From: a virus
Taxonomy: Duplodnaviria > Caudoviricetes
DNA length: 40,625 nucleotides
Strand: one strand, 5' to 3'
Virus record (IMG/VR): IMGVR_UViG_3300049135_000090
Span: 1-40,625 of that record
The notes beneath the pieces were generated by a model, which saw only the letters and a list, made by a program, of their open reading frames with translations, had not been told where the DNA came from and did no database searches. Position numbers and translations under genes: made by a program. Below, piece after piece: positions 27,589 through 36,783 of the stretch. Position 1 is the stretch's first letter, and each line of letters opens with the position of its first letter.

Positions 27589-27952
27589 CCTTGACCGCGC
27601 CCTCGCCAGCGGGATCGTGCACCTGCCCGCCAACGAACCCTTCCGGCTGCTGTGGGAGGAGGGCATCCGGCGGTCGAACCTCATCACCAACCACCGGCTG
27701 ATCGCCCTCGCCCTGGCCACGCACGCCGACTACGACACCGGCGACATCGACCACCGCCGACAGCCCTTCCTCGACGGCCTGGCCGTCGAGACCCAACTGG
27801 GCCGCGGCCAAGTGTCCGTCGCGCTCAAGACCCTCGAGCAGCGCGGCTGGATCCGGAGGGCGGGCTCACGCGCCAAGTACCTGGCGTACGAGCGCTGCCC
27901 ATGGCGCCTGGCCATCCCCGCCCTACTCCTGCCCCGCCTCCGCGGCAAGTGA
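27539..27952 (+). CDS. Winged-helix DNA-binding protein
   Basis: RLIALALATHAD..P..GLAVETQL..V..ALKTLEQRGWI; RBS AGGAG. Confidence 0.75.
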   Translation: MTTAPSRPTPLDIANRDLDRALASGIVHLPANEPFRLLWEEGIRRSNLITNHRLIALALATHADYDTGDIDHRRQPFLDGLAVETQLGRGQVSVALKTLEQRGWIRRAGSRAKYLAYERCPWRLAIPALLLPRLRGK

Positions 27953-27975
27953 CCACACAGAACGGACGACACGAA

Positions 27976-28680
27976 ATGACCCGCGCATCTCACTGGACCG
28001 ACAGCCTGTTCGACAGCGTGTACGCGCTGTACGAGGCGGCGCACGAATACCAGATCGCGCACCGCGCGGCCGGCGTCGCCGTGCAGAGCGTCGCCGTCGA
28101 CCGCCGGCAGATCCACGACGGCGAGATTGACAGCACCCTGCGTCTCAACGACTCGGGCGACACCCGCACCCGTCGCCGGCGCCCGCACGAGCACGCCGTG
28201 TTCACCCTGCTGGACCTCTACGGCAAGACCGAGCGGCAGCTGCACCACTCCTTCGAACACGCCGCCCTGCTGTACGCGACCGGCGCCGTCTGGGCGATCA
28301 ACGCTGTCCAGGGCGGTGGCACCCCGGCCGTTGTCGAGTTCGCTCGGGACGCGGACGGCGTCAGCGTCCGTCACCCGGTGCGCCTGCCCTACCTCGACCG
28401 TTACGCCGAGGCCGCCCAGCTCAAGGCCGCGCACGACCGGCTGGCCGACTGCCTCGATGCCGAGCGGTACGCCGAGCAGCTGGCCGGAGCCGAACATGTC
28501 GCCGACCACGAGGCTGGCGACATGTTCCGGGCGGGCGAGGTCGCCGAGGGCATCGCCGACGCCGCCTTCGCCTACGGCCTGCTCGCTCAACGCGCGCTGA
28601 ACTTCGTTCTCCTCGGCCCGCGACTGGAGCGCGACCGAGCGCGCGCCGCCGCCCGCGCAGGCCTCCCCACCGCCAACTGA
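27976..28680 (+). CDS. Hypothetical helical protein upstream of initiator
   Basis: Good codon bias; fills the operon gap. Confidence 0.7.
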   Translation: MTRASHWTDSLFDSVYALYEAAHEYQIAHRAAGVAVQSVAVDRRQIHDGEIDSTLRLNDSGDTRTRRRRPHEHAVFTLLDLYGKTERQLHHSFEHAALLYATGAVWAINAVQGGGTPAVVEFARDADGVSVRHPVRLPYLDRYAEAAQLKAAHDRLADCLDAERYAEQLAGAEHVADHEAGDMFRAGEVAEGIADAAFAYGLLAQRALNFVLLGPRLERDRARAAARAGLPTAN

Positions 28681-28704
28681 CCACCAGCACTACGGGAGAT
28701 ACGC

Positions 28705-30237
28705 ATGTCCGCCGCCGTCGCGCACGCAGCACCTGGTGCTGCTGCAGCGCGCCCTCGAGCAGCCGCAGCCGCGGCCGCCGGGGCACGCCCGCGCGCCGGC
28801 GGCGGCCTGCGCATCCGCGTACCTCTGCGCCTGGTTGTAGGCGTCCAGTACAGCGATGCTGCCCTGGCCGTCTACATCAAGATCGCAGCCCTGGCCCTCC
28901 GTTCGGAGGGCTGCACCGCCCGCGTTGAGACGCTCGCCCAGTACCTCGACATGTCCAAGTCCGGTGTCGAGCGGGCCCTGCGCCAGCTCACCCGGCCCGA
29001 CGACGTCGACAACATCACCGAGGTCCGCACCACCCGCCGTACGAAACGGGGCGGCACGGGTGACTCCGCACACCGCGTGGTGCGCGTCGCCGGGGCGGAC
29101 GAGCTGTTCGTCTGGATACCCGCCCGCGCGGGCACGGCCCTGCCGCCGCGCCTGCTGCGCCTGTACGCGCTCATCACCTACGCCCAGACCCGCCGCCAGC
29201 CCCTCGCGTACAGCGATATGGGCGGCGTCCTCGTCCACCAGGGCGGCAAGTCCGCCGGCGAACCCTTGGGGGACCGGCAGATCGCGCGCCTGGTCGAGGA
29301 GCTGGCCGCCACCGGCTGGGCCACCGTCCGCGAGCGCGAGGGGCTGCAGGGCCGCCACGCCTACGAGGCCCACCTCCGGCCGCTGCACACCGTGCCTGCC
29401 TCTCCTGACATTCATGACGGATCCGGTCCCGACAAGATCGACGGATCCCTGTCTGAGGAAGACCCCAGGATTGACCGACTCAAGACGAGCGCAGGGGGAA
29501 GTGGTGGGATCCGCCGTAGGCGTCTGCAGGAGGTAGCGCGAGGTCCTGTGGATAACCCGGCCCCGGACACGTTCCGGTCGGCACGGGGCCAGGGCACAAG
29601 CGGCGCCAAGGGCGGGAGCCCGGCGGACGGTTCCGGTCCTTCGCTGTCCGCCCGAGCGTGGACAGTCCTCGAGCCCGTACGGCACCTCTTGGCCGACGTC
29701 CGCCCGTTCGTGCTGCGCCGCATCGAGGCAGAGATCGCGGCGCAGCTGGCGGCCGGTACTGGGATGCGCCGGATCACCGAGCGCCTCAAGCGCCGCTACG
29801 CCACCACCAACACCGTGCGGGACGGCGGCCGCTGGATCCTCGGCGCCGGCCTGCCCCGCCACGGCTGCGGGCTCGACGTCTGCGAGGACGGCGTGCTCTG
29901 GCACACCGGCCAGACCTGCCAGGTCTGCCTCGACATCACGCTCACCGCAGACCCCGCCGCCACGCCCCTCGAGGAACAGCCACCGCCGCCGGCGGCACCG
30001 GCCGCACCGGACCCGGTCACCCTGCCGCCGCCAGCACCGCCCGGCGCAGCCGTGCCCGAGCTGACCCGGGCGCAGCGCCAGGCCCTGCGCCAGACAGCGA
30101 CGCCCGACAGCATCCGCGCCGCGATCACCGCCTACGGCCGGGCGGCCACCGGCCGCATCTATGGCCTGCAGCGCGTCGCCCAGGAGCTCAACCGACTGGA
30201 CGACTACGACCCCGAAGGAGACGACCGTGCTCAGTGA
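28705..30237 (+). CDS. Putative replication initiator (tandem wHTH)
   Basis: Two wHTH-like units (ALAVY..LAQYLDMSKSGVERALRQL; LRLYA..IARLVEELAATGW); internal repeats and a DnaA box; no polymerase or helicase elsewhere. Confidence 0.65.
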   Translation: MSAAVAHAAPGAAAARPRAAAAAAAGARPRAGGGLRIRVPLRLVVGVQYSDAALAVYIKIAALALRSEGCTARVETLAQYLDMSKSGVERALRQLTRPDDVDNITEVRTTRRTKRGGTGDSAHRVVRVAGADELFVWIPARAGTALPPRLLRLYALITYAQTRRQPLAYSDMGGVLVHQGGKSAGEPLGDRQIARLVEELAATGWATVREREGLQGRHAYEAHLRPLHTVPASPDIHDGSGPDKIDGSLSEEDPRIDRLKTSAGGSGGIRRRRLQEVARGPVDNPAPDTFRSARGQGTSGAKGGSPADGSGPSLSARAWTVLEPVRHLLADVRPFVLRRIEAEIAAQLAAGTGMRRITERLKRRYATTNTVRDGGRWILGAGLPRHGCGLDVCEDGVLWHTGQTCQVCLDITLTADPAATPLEEQPPPPAAPAAPDPVTLPPPAPPGAAVPELTRAQRQALRQTATPDSIRAAITAYGRAATGRIYGLQRVAQELNRLDDYDPEGDDRAQ

Positions 30238-30538
30238 CCACGACGTGCAGGTGTGCGAGAGCTGCGGCGCTCGTATCCGCTGGACCGTCACCGCCGCCGG
30301 GAAGCGGCTGCCGGTCGACGCCGACCCGGCCGACGACGGGAACACCGCGGCGTACTACGACGGCACCGGCCGCCTCCGCTCGCGCGGCCTGACCAAAGAG
30401 CGGCCGAGCCTCGAGCACCACGAGTGGCTGGCCAAGCCGCACTTCGCCACCTGCAAGGCCCCGCCGGTCCGGCGCAGCACCCGGCCCGGCGCCCGTACGC
30501 GGACCGGTGTCCGCCCGACGCCGTGGCGGCCGCGGTGA
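30227..30538 (+). CDS. Small zinc-binding protein
   Basis: CESCGARIRW..GK.LPVDADP..GN..PHFATC; RBS GAAGGAG. Confidence 0.75.
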   Translation: MLSDHDVQVCESCGARIRWTVTAAGKRLPVDADPADDGNTAAYYDGTGRLRSRGLTKERPSLEHHEWLAKPHFATCKAPPVRRSTRPGARTRTGVRPTPWRPR

Positions 30539-30930
30539 GCGCCCCGCCCGGGCCGGAGCTCGAGCATCTGCTCGCCGAGTGGTGGCCCACCGGAGCGTTC
30601 GGCGGGGACTGGGAGCGGCCGACGCACAGCAACGGCGAGCCCATCCGACGGGACTACGCCGCCCCTCAGCACTATGCCGCCCTGGCCGAAGCCATAGGCC
30701 CGAAGATCCCGCCCCGCAGGAGGACCACCGTGCAGTCCACACCGTGCCCGTCATGTCGCCAGCCCAAGGCCCGCGGCAAGTACCTCTGCCTGTCCTGCTG
30801 GAACCAGTTGCCCTGGACTGCCCAGCGCGCCCTCAAGCGCCGGGACCGCAGCGCCAGCCCCCGGCTCATCGAGCTGCACCGCCAGCTCGCGGCCGGCGTC
30901 CCGCTCGCCGAGATCGCCGTCTCCCCATGA
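30535..30930 (+). CDS. Hypothetical zinc-finger protein
   Basis: CPSC..CLSCW.QLP; GTGA overlap; possible internal start after AGGAGG near 30730. Confidence 0.6.
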   Translation: MSAPPGPELEHLLAEWWPTGAFGGDWERPTHSNGEPIRRDYAAPQHYAALAEAIGPKIPPRRRTTVQSTPCPSCRQPKARGKYLCLSCWNQLPWTAQRALKRRDRSASPRLIELHRQLAAGVPLAEIAVSP

Positions 30931-31033
30931 CCGTCGCCGCGCTCCTGGCGCTCCTCGACGAGGAGCTGCCCGACGTCGTACGGCACCCCGCCCCTGGATC
31001 CCACACACCGCGCACCGCCAACAGGAGTTGACC

Positions 31034-31468
31034 ATGTCTCAGCCGATCCCTGCCCCTCGCGACCCCAGCACCCGCCAGACCACGCCCGACCTGCGCGCCG
31101 TCGGTCCGGCCGAGCCCGCACCGATCACAGTCGGCCAGCTCCTGGCCTGGGCCGCCGCCCACCCGGAGAAGACGCTCCGCGACCACGCCGAGAAGGCGCG
31201 CACCCACCTGGACGCCCTGCGCAGCCGCCACCAGGCCGATGCCGAACTGACGGCCATCGCGCTGGAAGCGAAGGACCTCGAGGAGCGGCTGGCCCAACTG
31301 CGGGCCCGCGAGACCCAGCTGCAGCCGAAGAAGGCCCGCCGTCCTCGCGACCACGAACCGGCCGCCGTCCGCACCTGGGCGAAGGAGCACGGCATCGACT
31401 GCCCCGCGACCGGCCGCGTGCCCGCCGCCGTCGTCGACCAGTGGCGCACCGCCCAGGCCGGTGAGTGA
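31034..31468 (+). CDS. Lsr2-like DNA-binding domain protein
   Basis: C-terminal AVRTWAKEHGIDCPATGRVPAAVVDQW resembles the Lsr2 DNA-binding domain; central coiled coil; RBS AGGAG. Confidence 0.85.
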   Translation: MSQPIPAPRDPSTRQTTPDLRAVGPAEPAPITVGQLLAWAAAHPEKTLRDHAEKARTHLDALRSRHQADAELTAIALEAKDLEERLAQLRARETQLQPKKARRPRDHEPAAVRTWAKEHGIDCPATGRVPAAVVDQWRTAQAGE

Positions 31469-31656
31469 TGGCGACCCGGCTGATCCTGCCAGGCCCGGAC
31501 GACGCCGCGGAGATCGTCGAGGCGCTCCTCACCGCCGCCGGCACCCGCGACCACCACGCCCCCGCACAGGCCGCCCGCTGGCGGCAGCTCGCCAACGACA
31601 TCGGCGACGCCCTCGACACCCTGCCCACACCCCATGCCCAGGAAGGCACCCCATGA
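31468..31656 (+). CDS. Hypothetical protein
   Basis: Coupled TGATG and ATGA junctions. Confidence 0.6.
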   Translation: MATRLILPGPDDAAEIVEALLTAAGTRDHHAPAQAARWRQLANDIGDALDTLPTPHAQEGTP

Positions 31657-32057
31657 CCAACTTCACCGAGACCCCCGAGGCCGCCGCCCGGCGCATGGCC
31701 CGCCGCCTCCGCGCCGTCGAGCAGCTGGTCGAGGGACGCTCCTCGACCCACACGGTCACCGTCCAGGCCTTGCTCACCGCGATGGGCAAGGCCGACGAGA
31801 CCGCTCCGGCCGACGAGCTGCCGGAGGGCTTCACCGCGCACACCTGCGTCAGCCTGCGGTGCCCGGTGTGCGGCTACTTCCACGACGAGGACGAGGGCTA
31901 CAGCGCCCACTTCTCCTCGGTCGAGGAGGCCATCGGCAGTGTCCGCGGCTACGACTGGCGCCAGCTGCGCGACGGACGGCTCATCTGCTCGGACGAGGAC
32001 GAGGACCACAAGGCCCTGATCGACACGGTTGGACTCGCCCCGGACGACGCCCCGTGA
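31653..32057 (+). CDS. Hypothetical protein with CxxC
   Basis: RBS GGAAGG; C.SLRCPVCG..HF..W..DGRLIC. Confidence 0.65.
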   Translation: MTNFTETPEAAARRMARRLRAVEQLVEGRSSTHTVTVQALLTAMGKADETAPADELPEGFTAHTCVSLRCPVCGYFHDEDEGYSAHFSSVEEAIGSVRGYDWRQLRDGRLICSDEDEDHKALIDTVGLAPDDAP

Positions 32058-32257
32058 CCGGGGTGCCGTGCGAGGTGTGCGGCCGGCGCCTCGTTGCGTC
32101 GGCCGCCCGCCGGATCGGGCCCGTCTGCGAGCGCCGTACCCGCGACGGGCGGGCGTCGGCCACCGGTACACGCTCAGGCCCCGCTGTCGACCCTGCGGCC
32201 GCCGAGGCCGCCGGCCAGCTCACCATCACGGAGGAGGACCAGGATGCGGACCACTGA
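32054..32257 (+). CDS. DUF6011-like zinc protein
   Basis: CEVCGRRL..RIGPVC motif. Confidence 0.6.
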   Translation: MTGVPCEVCGRRLVASAARRIGPVCERRTRDGRASATGTRSGPAVDPAAAEAAGQLTITEEDQDADH

Positions 32258-32702
32258 CCCCGGCCTGCAGGCGATACGCGACGCGCTCGAGGACTACGAC
32301 CTCACCACCGATCCGGCCACGGCCACGACGGCCGGGCGCGCCGAGCGGATCGGCGAGTACCTGCTGTCCGGTGGCTACACGATCCGGCCCCACCGCATGG
32401 GCGTACGACGCTTCCTGCCGCGCGGCTCGGATGTTGGGCTCGCCCTCACGTACACCGCGGCGGTCGTCTCGATGGCCGCCTCCGTCCACCTCGGCTGGGT
32501 CCAGCTGTGGATCCCGGCGGCCAGCCTCATCGTCTGCGCTGCGTTCTTCGCCGCCCAGGCTCACCACCAGCGCCTCACCCGCCGAACCGCGGCCGCCGCC
32601 GAGAGCGCCGCCCGCCCGCACTCCCTCCACGCCGCCACTGCCGCGCAGGACAACGCCGCCCTGATGACCGCACGACTCCACGAGGAGCAGCACGATGCCT
32701 GA
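32244..32702 (+). CDS. Hypothetical membrane protein
   Basis: RBS GGAGGAGG; two hydrophobic segments. Confidence 0.6.
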   Translation: MRTTDPGLQAIRDALEDYDLTTDPATATTAGRAERIGEYLLSGGYTIRPHRMGVRRFLPRGSDVGLALTYTAAVVSMAASVHLGWVQLWIPAASLIVCAAFFAAQAHHQRLTRRTAAAAESAARPHSLHAATAAQDNAALMTARLHEEQHDA

Positions 32703-33216
32703 CAACCCGACCAAGCTTTGCCATCCCGGCGAGTGCCGCGACTGCGAGACTCGACGCGCAGAGGCCACTGAGCGGCTCCTCGACGAGCACGCGCATCTCC
32801 TCGATGCGGTCGTCGTCACATCGGCATCACCCGTGTCGTTTGCCGACTTCGAGCCGATGCGCCACACCGCCGACACCATCACTGACGCCGCCCTCGACGC
32901 CCTCTACGAGGAACTGGCCAAGGCCCGCGCCACCCTCGACCGTGTGCGCACCTTCCACGGTGAGATGCAGGCCCGTGCCCTGCCGCGTAGCGAGCTCGAC
33001 ATGATGGCCCGCCGCCTGGGCGACGTCTTCAAGGAGCCGGCCGCCGAGGAACAGTCCGGCCCTGCCGAGCAGTGCGGCTTCCGGCACGACCAGTGGGACG
33101 GCCCGTACCGGATGCCCCGCCGCTGCATCGCTGCGGCCGGCCACACCAAGGGGCAGTTCGCCTACGACCACGGGCCCTGGGCCTCCGTGAAAGAGGCGGA
33201 GGCCGACCGTGGCTGA
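32695..33216 (+). CDS. Hypothetical protein
   Basis: RBS GAGGAG; TADTITDAALDALY segment. Confidence 0.65.
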   Translation: MPDNPTKLCHPGECRDCETRRAEATERLLDEHAHLLDAVVVTSASPVSFADFEPMRHTADTITDAALDALYEELAKARATLDRVRTFHGEMQARALPRSELDMMARRLGDVFKEPAAEEQSGPAEQCGFRHDQWDGPYRMPRRCIAAAGHTKGQFAYDHGPWASVKEAEADRG

Positions 33217-33550
33217 GTTCGCCCGCGGTTTCCGGCTGCACCTGCGCCACGGCCAGGTCCTCGACGGCGCTGCCTTCCCGTCCGGCCGCTGCCTCGTCAT
33301 CGACGACCCGCAGTTCGGTCTGGCCTCCGTCGCCGCCAGCGAGGAGGACCTGCTGCGCGGCTACGCGGGCTCCCGCATCGAGTGGCCCGACAGCGAAGGC
33401 ACCGCCCTCACCTTCGCCGGCCTGTCCCGCAGCGCCGAGACGGACGTCACCGCCGTGCACCAGTTGGCCGAGTCCTGGAGCACGCAGCCCAACCGCTACG
33501 CCCCGCTGCAGGAGCTCCTCGCCGCTCTCGCAGCTGCCCGAACCTCGTAG
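33209..33550 (+). CDS. Hypothetical protein
   Basis: RBS GGAGG; FRLH..G..LDGA.FPSGR..IEW. Confidence 0.7.
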   Translation: MAEFARGFRLHLRHGQVLDGAAFPSGRCLVIDDPQFGLASVAASEEDLLRGYAGSRIEWPDSEGTALTFAGLSRSAETDVTAVHQLAESWSTQPNRYAPLQELLAALAAARTS

Positions 33551-33560
33551 GAGCACGACC

Positions 33561-34322
33561 ATGCACCTCTCCCGCTGCGCCATCTGCCACTACTCGCTCC
33601 CCGACGGCACCGAGGACTACGCGTGCGAGGCGTGCGCCTACCGGCTGCGCGGTCTGCTCCTCGAGCTGCCGAAGCACCTGCCACTCCTCGCCGAGCTCCT
33701 TGCCCCAGGGAGCCGCCTGCCGGGCCGCGGCGGCAGCGGACGTGCGCACTCACCGATGCCCGTGCGCCTGGACGTGATGGATCTCCTCGGCCCGGGCCAC
33801 GTCGTCGTCATCGCCGACCCGCACGGCGACCAGTCCGCCGGCGTCCCCATCACGCCCCTGCTGTACGGGTGGGCCCGCTACATCGCCGAGGCCTACTCGT
33901 CCGTGGTCCGCGATCGGCACGACACCGTACGCGTCCAGCCGTGCGACGGACCGTACAGCCACCGCGGCTCCGACGCCGCCGCCTGGTGCCACTGGCTGAT
34001 CGCCTACCTCCCCTACGCGCTCACCCAGCCGTGGGTCGACGACATGTACCGCCAGCTCGAGGAACTGGTCTGGCGGGTGCGGGCGAAGACCGACCGCCGG
34101 CCGCAGCGCACCACGCGAAACGCGCCGTGCCCGGCGTGCGAGGCCTTCGCTCTGGTCTCCGTCGAGGGCGAGCCGCTCATCAAGTGCGAAGGCTGCGGCC
34201 ACAAGCTGACCCCCGCGGAGTACCGCACGCACTCCGAGGCCGTGCTGCCAGCGCTCACCGCCCTGGCCATCCGCATCCACGGCCAGGGCGCGGCCGCCGC
34301 CGAGCAGCAGACTGCCGCGTAA
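33561..34322 (+). CDS. Zinc-binding putative regulator (last early gene)
   Basis: CAIC, CEAC, CPAC, CEGC motifs; RBS AGGAG; followed by terminator. Confidence 0.7.
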   Translation: MHLSRCAICHYSLPDGTEDYACEACAYRLRGLLLELPKHLPLLAELLAPGSRLPGRGGSGRAHSPMPVRLDVMDLLGPGHVVVIADPHGDQSAGVPITPLLYGWARYIAEAYSSVVRDRHDTVRVQPCDGPYSHRGSDAAAWCHWLIAYLPYALTQPWVDDMYRQLEELVWRVRAKTDRRPQRTTRNAPCPACEAFALVSVEGEPLIKCEGCGHKLTPAEYRTHSEAVLPALTALAIRIHGQGAAAAEQQTAA

Positions 34323-34327
34323 CGACA

Positions 34328-34366
34328 CGGCGCAGCCCCCGACCGTGGTGGTCGGGGGCTGCGCCG
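34328..34366. terminator. Bidirectional terminator hairpin
   Basis: 17-bp stem CGGCGCAGCCCCCGACC/GGTCGGGGGCTGCGCCG between convergent genes. Confidence 0.8.
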
Positions 34367-34374
34367 CGCGTGGG

Positions 34375-34638
34375 CTACTCGCCGGAGGCCGGCGGCTTGC
34401 CTTTCAGGTCGGTGCGCTCGCCCGGGCGCAATTTGCGGTTGGCGAAGTACGGCCGAGCCAGCTTGTAGTCGACGGCCTTGGAGCGGCCTACCTGCACGAC
34501 CGGCGGGAAGTCCGCGTCCTGCTGGGCCAGCTGCGATACGCGCTGGTGGGTGATCCGGGGGACGACCCCGTCAGCCACGAGCCGCCTGGCCAGCTCCCTG
34601 AACGACACCATGTCTGGCCCTCCTTCGGGCTCGGTCAT
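34375..34638 (-). CDS. Small HTH DNA-binding protein (putative Kor-like repressor of the spread cassette)
   Basis: VSFRELARRL..ITHQRVSQLA..DFPP..VGR..D AlpA/Xis-like pattern; divergent from the membrane operon. Confidence 0.75.
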   Translation of the reverse strand: MTEPEGGPDMVSFRELARRLVADGVVPRITHQRVSQLAQQDADFPPVVQVGRSKAVDYKLARPYFANRKLRPGERTDLKGKPPASGE

Positions 34639-34653
34639 GGGCATCATCCTCCC

Positions 34654-34690
34654 TGACCTACTTGCCATATGGCAAGTAGGTCACTACCTT
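34654..34690. promoter_or_regulatory. 30-bp perfect palindromic operator overlapping divergent promoters
   Basis: TGACCTACTTGCCATATGGCAAGTAGGTCA (34654-34683); TTGCCA-N17-TACCTT rightward, TTGCCA-N18-GAGGAT leftward. Confidence 0.85.
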
Positions 34691-34785
34691 GGGTCGGGCA
34701 ACAGAGCGGCCCCCGGCCGGAGTTCGCAGCTCCACATGGCCGGGGGCCAGACCCACCCACAACCTCACGAAGGAGCGGGTCCGCC

Positions 34786-35112
34786 ATGGAGCGTATCCCC
34801 ACCACCCCGACCAGCGCAGAGCCCGTCGACTACGACGAGCTGCTCCGCGAGATCCTCAGCTCGCCCTCGAACCCGGCCATCCTCATCGAGGCCATCGCCG
34901 AGCAGCTCGAGGACAACCCCTTCCTGGTCGCCAACTGGACCGTCGTCTCCGACGCCATCCGCGAGGCCAGCGCCCAGGTCCTCGAGGGCCTGCCCGAGGT
35001 CATCGTCACCGAGACGATCATGCTCGCCAACATGCGCATGCCGCTCCCGTACCCGGGCGAGCAGGCCGGCCCGTACGCCGCCCGCCTGTACACGGCAGCG
35101 AGGTACGTGTGA
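34786..35112 (+). CDS. Hypothetical acidic protein, first gene of cassette
   Basis: RBS AAGGAG; strong codon bias. Confidence 0.75.
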   Translation: MERIPTTPTSAEPVDYDELLREILSSPSNPAILIEAIAEQLEDNPFLVANWTVVSDAIREASAQVLEGLPEVIVTETIMLANMRMPLPYPGEQAGPYAARLYTAARYV

Positions 35113-35237
35113 TGGCCGAGCAGACCGACGTCGTCGACGACCAGCGGGCCACCGAGCAGCAGCTGCAGCAGCGTGCCGCCGACGACTACCGCACCGCGCA
35201 GGCCGCCCGCGAGCAGGACTCGCACCGCGCCGCCTGA
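35112..35237 (+). CDS. Small helical peptide (41 aa)
   Basis: TGATG coupling; MAEQTDVVDDQRATEQQLQQRAADDY.. Confidence 0.55.
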   Translation: MAEQTDVVDDQRATEQQLQQRAADDYRTAQAAREQDSHRAA

Positions 35238-35308
35238 CCACCAGACCGGCCGGGCCCGCAGCCCCACCGCCGCGGGCCCGGCCACCTTCTGCGCTCCGGA
35301 GGAGCCCC

Positions 35309-36166
35309 GTGAAGACCCGCACCGATACCCGCTACCGGTGGGAGCCCCACACCGTCGACGGCGAGACCGAGCTCGTCCGCGTCCCCTACGACGTCCAGGT
35401 CCCGCTCCCGCCCCGCGACTGGGACCAGCTCGTACGCACCGCCGTCACCGCCGGCGCCTGCCTCCTCGTGACCGTGTCCGTCATCTGGTCGACCGCCAGC
35501 ATCGGCGACCTCCTCGCTCGCGTCGTCGTCTCGGCCGCCGCGTACGGGGCCGCCGTCGCCTTCGACACCGCATGGATCATGTGCATGGCCGTCGAATGGC
35601 TCTGCCGCTACGACCCGCCCCGCGCCCGCACCGCCCGCCGCGCCGGCCACGTCGCCCTGCTGCTCGCCATGGGCGCCGTATTCGCGCACGGCCACATCGC
35701 CGACCAGATCGTCATCGGCGCCGTCGGCGCGCTCGTCTCCGCGCTCGCCAAGGGCGCCTGGACGATCGCCATGTCGGTCCACGCCCGCCCGCTCGACGAG
35801 CGCACCCAGCAGTGGGTCGCCGCCCGCCGCGCCGCCCTCGACGGACAGCGCGCCATGATCCCCGTCCGGCGTGACCTCCTGCGCAGCCAGGCCCTGATCG
35901 CCGCTGAGCGTGCCGCGCTCGCCGGTCCGGACACCAATCCGGATCCGGATCCGGACCAGTCCGGACAGGACACGGACAGTCCGGAGGGTGATCCGCAGCA
36001 GTCCTTCACCGGGCCCATGACCGTGAAGGACGCAGTCCGGACCGCCCTGGACAGTGGCATGACCGATCCGGATCGCGTGCTCGCCTACGTCCGGACGCGG
36101 GCGGACGCGAACGCCAAGCCTGAGACCGTCAACCGCTACATGCGCCTCGCGAAGCTGGCCGGCTGA
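35309..36166 (+). CDS. SpdB-like four-TM membrane protein with repeat linker and C-terminal putative DNA-binding domain
   Basis: GTG after GGAGGAG; four hydrophobic segments (WSTASIGDLL, AYGAAVAFDTAWI); PD/QSG repeats; basic end ETVNRYMRLAK. Confidence 0.7.
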   Translation: MKTRTDTRYRWEPHTVDGETELVRVPYDVQVPLPPRDWDQLVRTAVTAGACLLVTVSVIWSTASIGDLLARVVVSAAAYGAAVAFDTAWIMCMAVEWLCRYDPPRARTARRAGHVALLLAMGAVFAHGHIADQIVIGAVGALVSALAKGAWTIAMSVHARPLDERTQQWVAARRAALDGQRAMIPVRRDLLRSQALIAAERAALAGPDTNPDPDPDQSGQDTDSPEGDPQQSFTGPMTVKDAVRTALDSGMTDPDRVLAYVRTRADANAKPETVNRYMRLAKLAG

Positions 36167-36783
36167 TGGGCCCCGAGCAGGGCGCCGACGAGCGCCGGAT
36201 CAGCAACTGGCTGCGCCGCAGGGGAGTGGGCCCCGACGCCACACCGCCCGAGCGGACCACCGTGTCCGTCACCGTGCCCCACGAGCGCGACTGGCTGGAC
36301 CGGATCATCGCGGACACAGCCACGGACAGCAGTCCGGACCAGTCCGGACCGGCCGATCCGGGGGAGTCCACCCCCTGGTGGAAGACGAGCAAGGACACCA
36401 CCCCGGCCGCTCCTGCGCCCGCTCCGGTCCAGGAGCAGCCCGGCGTCCACGTCACCATCGTCCCGCCGGCCGCCGCCCCCGTGGACCCGCGCCGGGCCCG
36501 GATCCGCTGGTGGGTCCTGCGCCGCGGTACCGCCGCCGGCCTCGGCTGGCTGACCGGTCTCGGGCCTCTCGTACAGCAGCGCCTCACCGAGTCCGGCCCC
36601 GGGGCGCTCGGGTTCGCCCTGCTCCTGTGGCTGGTCTCCTGGTACGCCGCCGCCAAGGTCCTGCGCCTGGTCCCGGCCGAGGCCATCCAAGAGGTGAAGG
36701 ACGCAGCCGACTGGGCCGCCCACATCCCCTCCGCCACCGTCCTCCTCGCCCTCGCCCTCCACACCCCAGGAGCCATGCTGTGA
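36166..36783 (+). CDS. Membrane protein of putative spread cassette
   Basis: TGATG coupling; Pro-rich N-half, three hydrophobic segments. Confidence 0.75.
   Translation: MGPEQGADERRISNWLRRRGVGPDATPPERTTVSVTVPHERDWLDRIIADTATDSSPDQSGPADPGESTPWWKTSKDTTPAAPAPAPVQEQPGVHVTIVPPAAAPVDPRRARIRWWVLRRGTAAGLGWLTGLGPLVQQRLTESGPGALGFALLLWLVSWYAAAKVLRLVPAEAIQEVKDAADWAAHIPSATVLLALALHTPGAML

Noticed and set aside
35926-36349. CRISPR array or simple protein-repeat explanation for TCCGGAC repeats
   Set aside because: Units are too short with no spacers, and no cas genes are present; recurrence in intergenic DNA argues against a purely protein-level repeat
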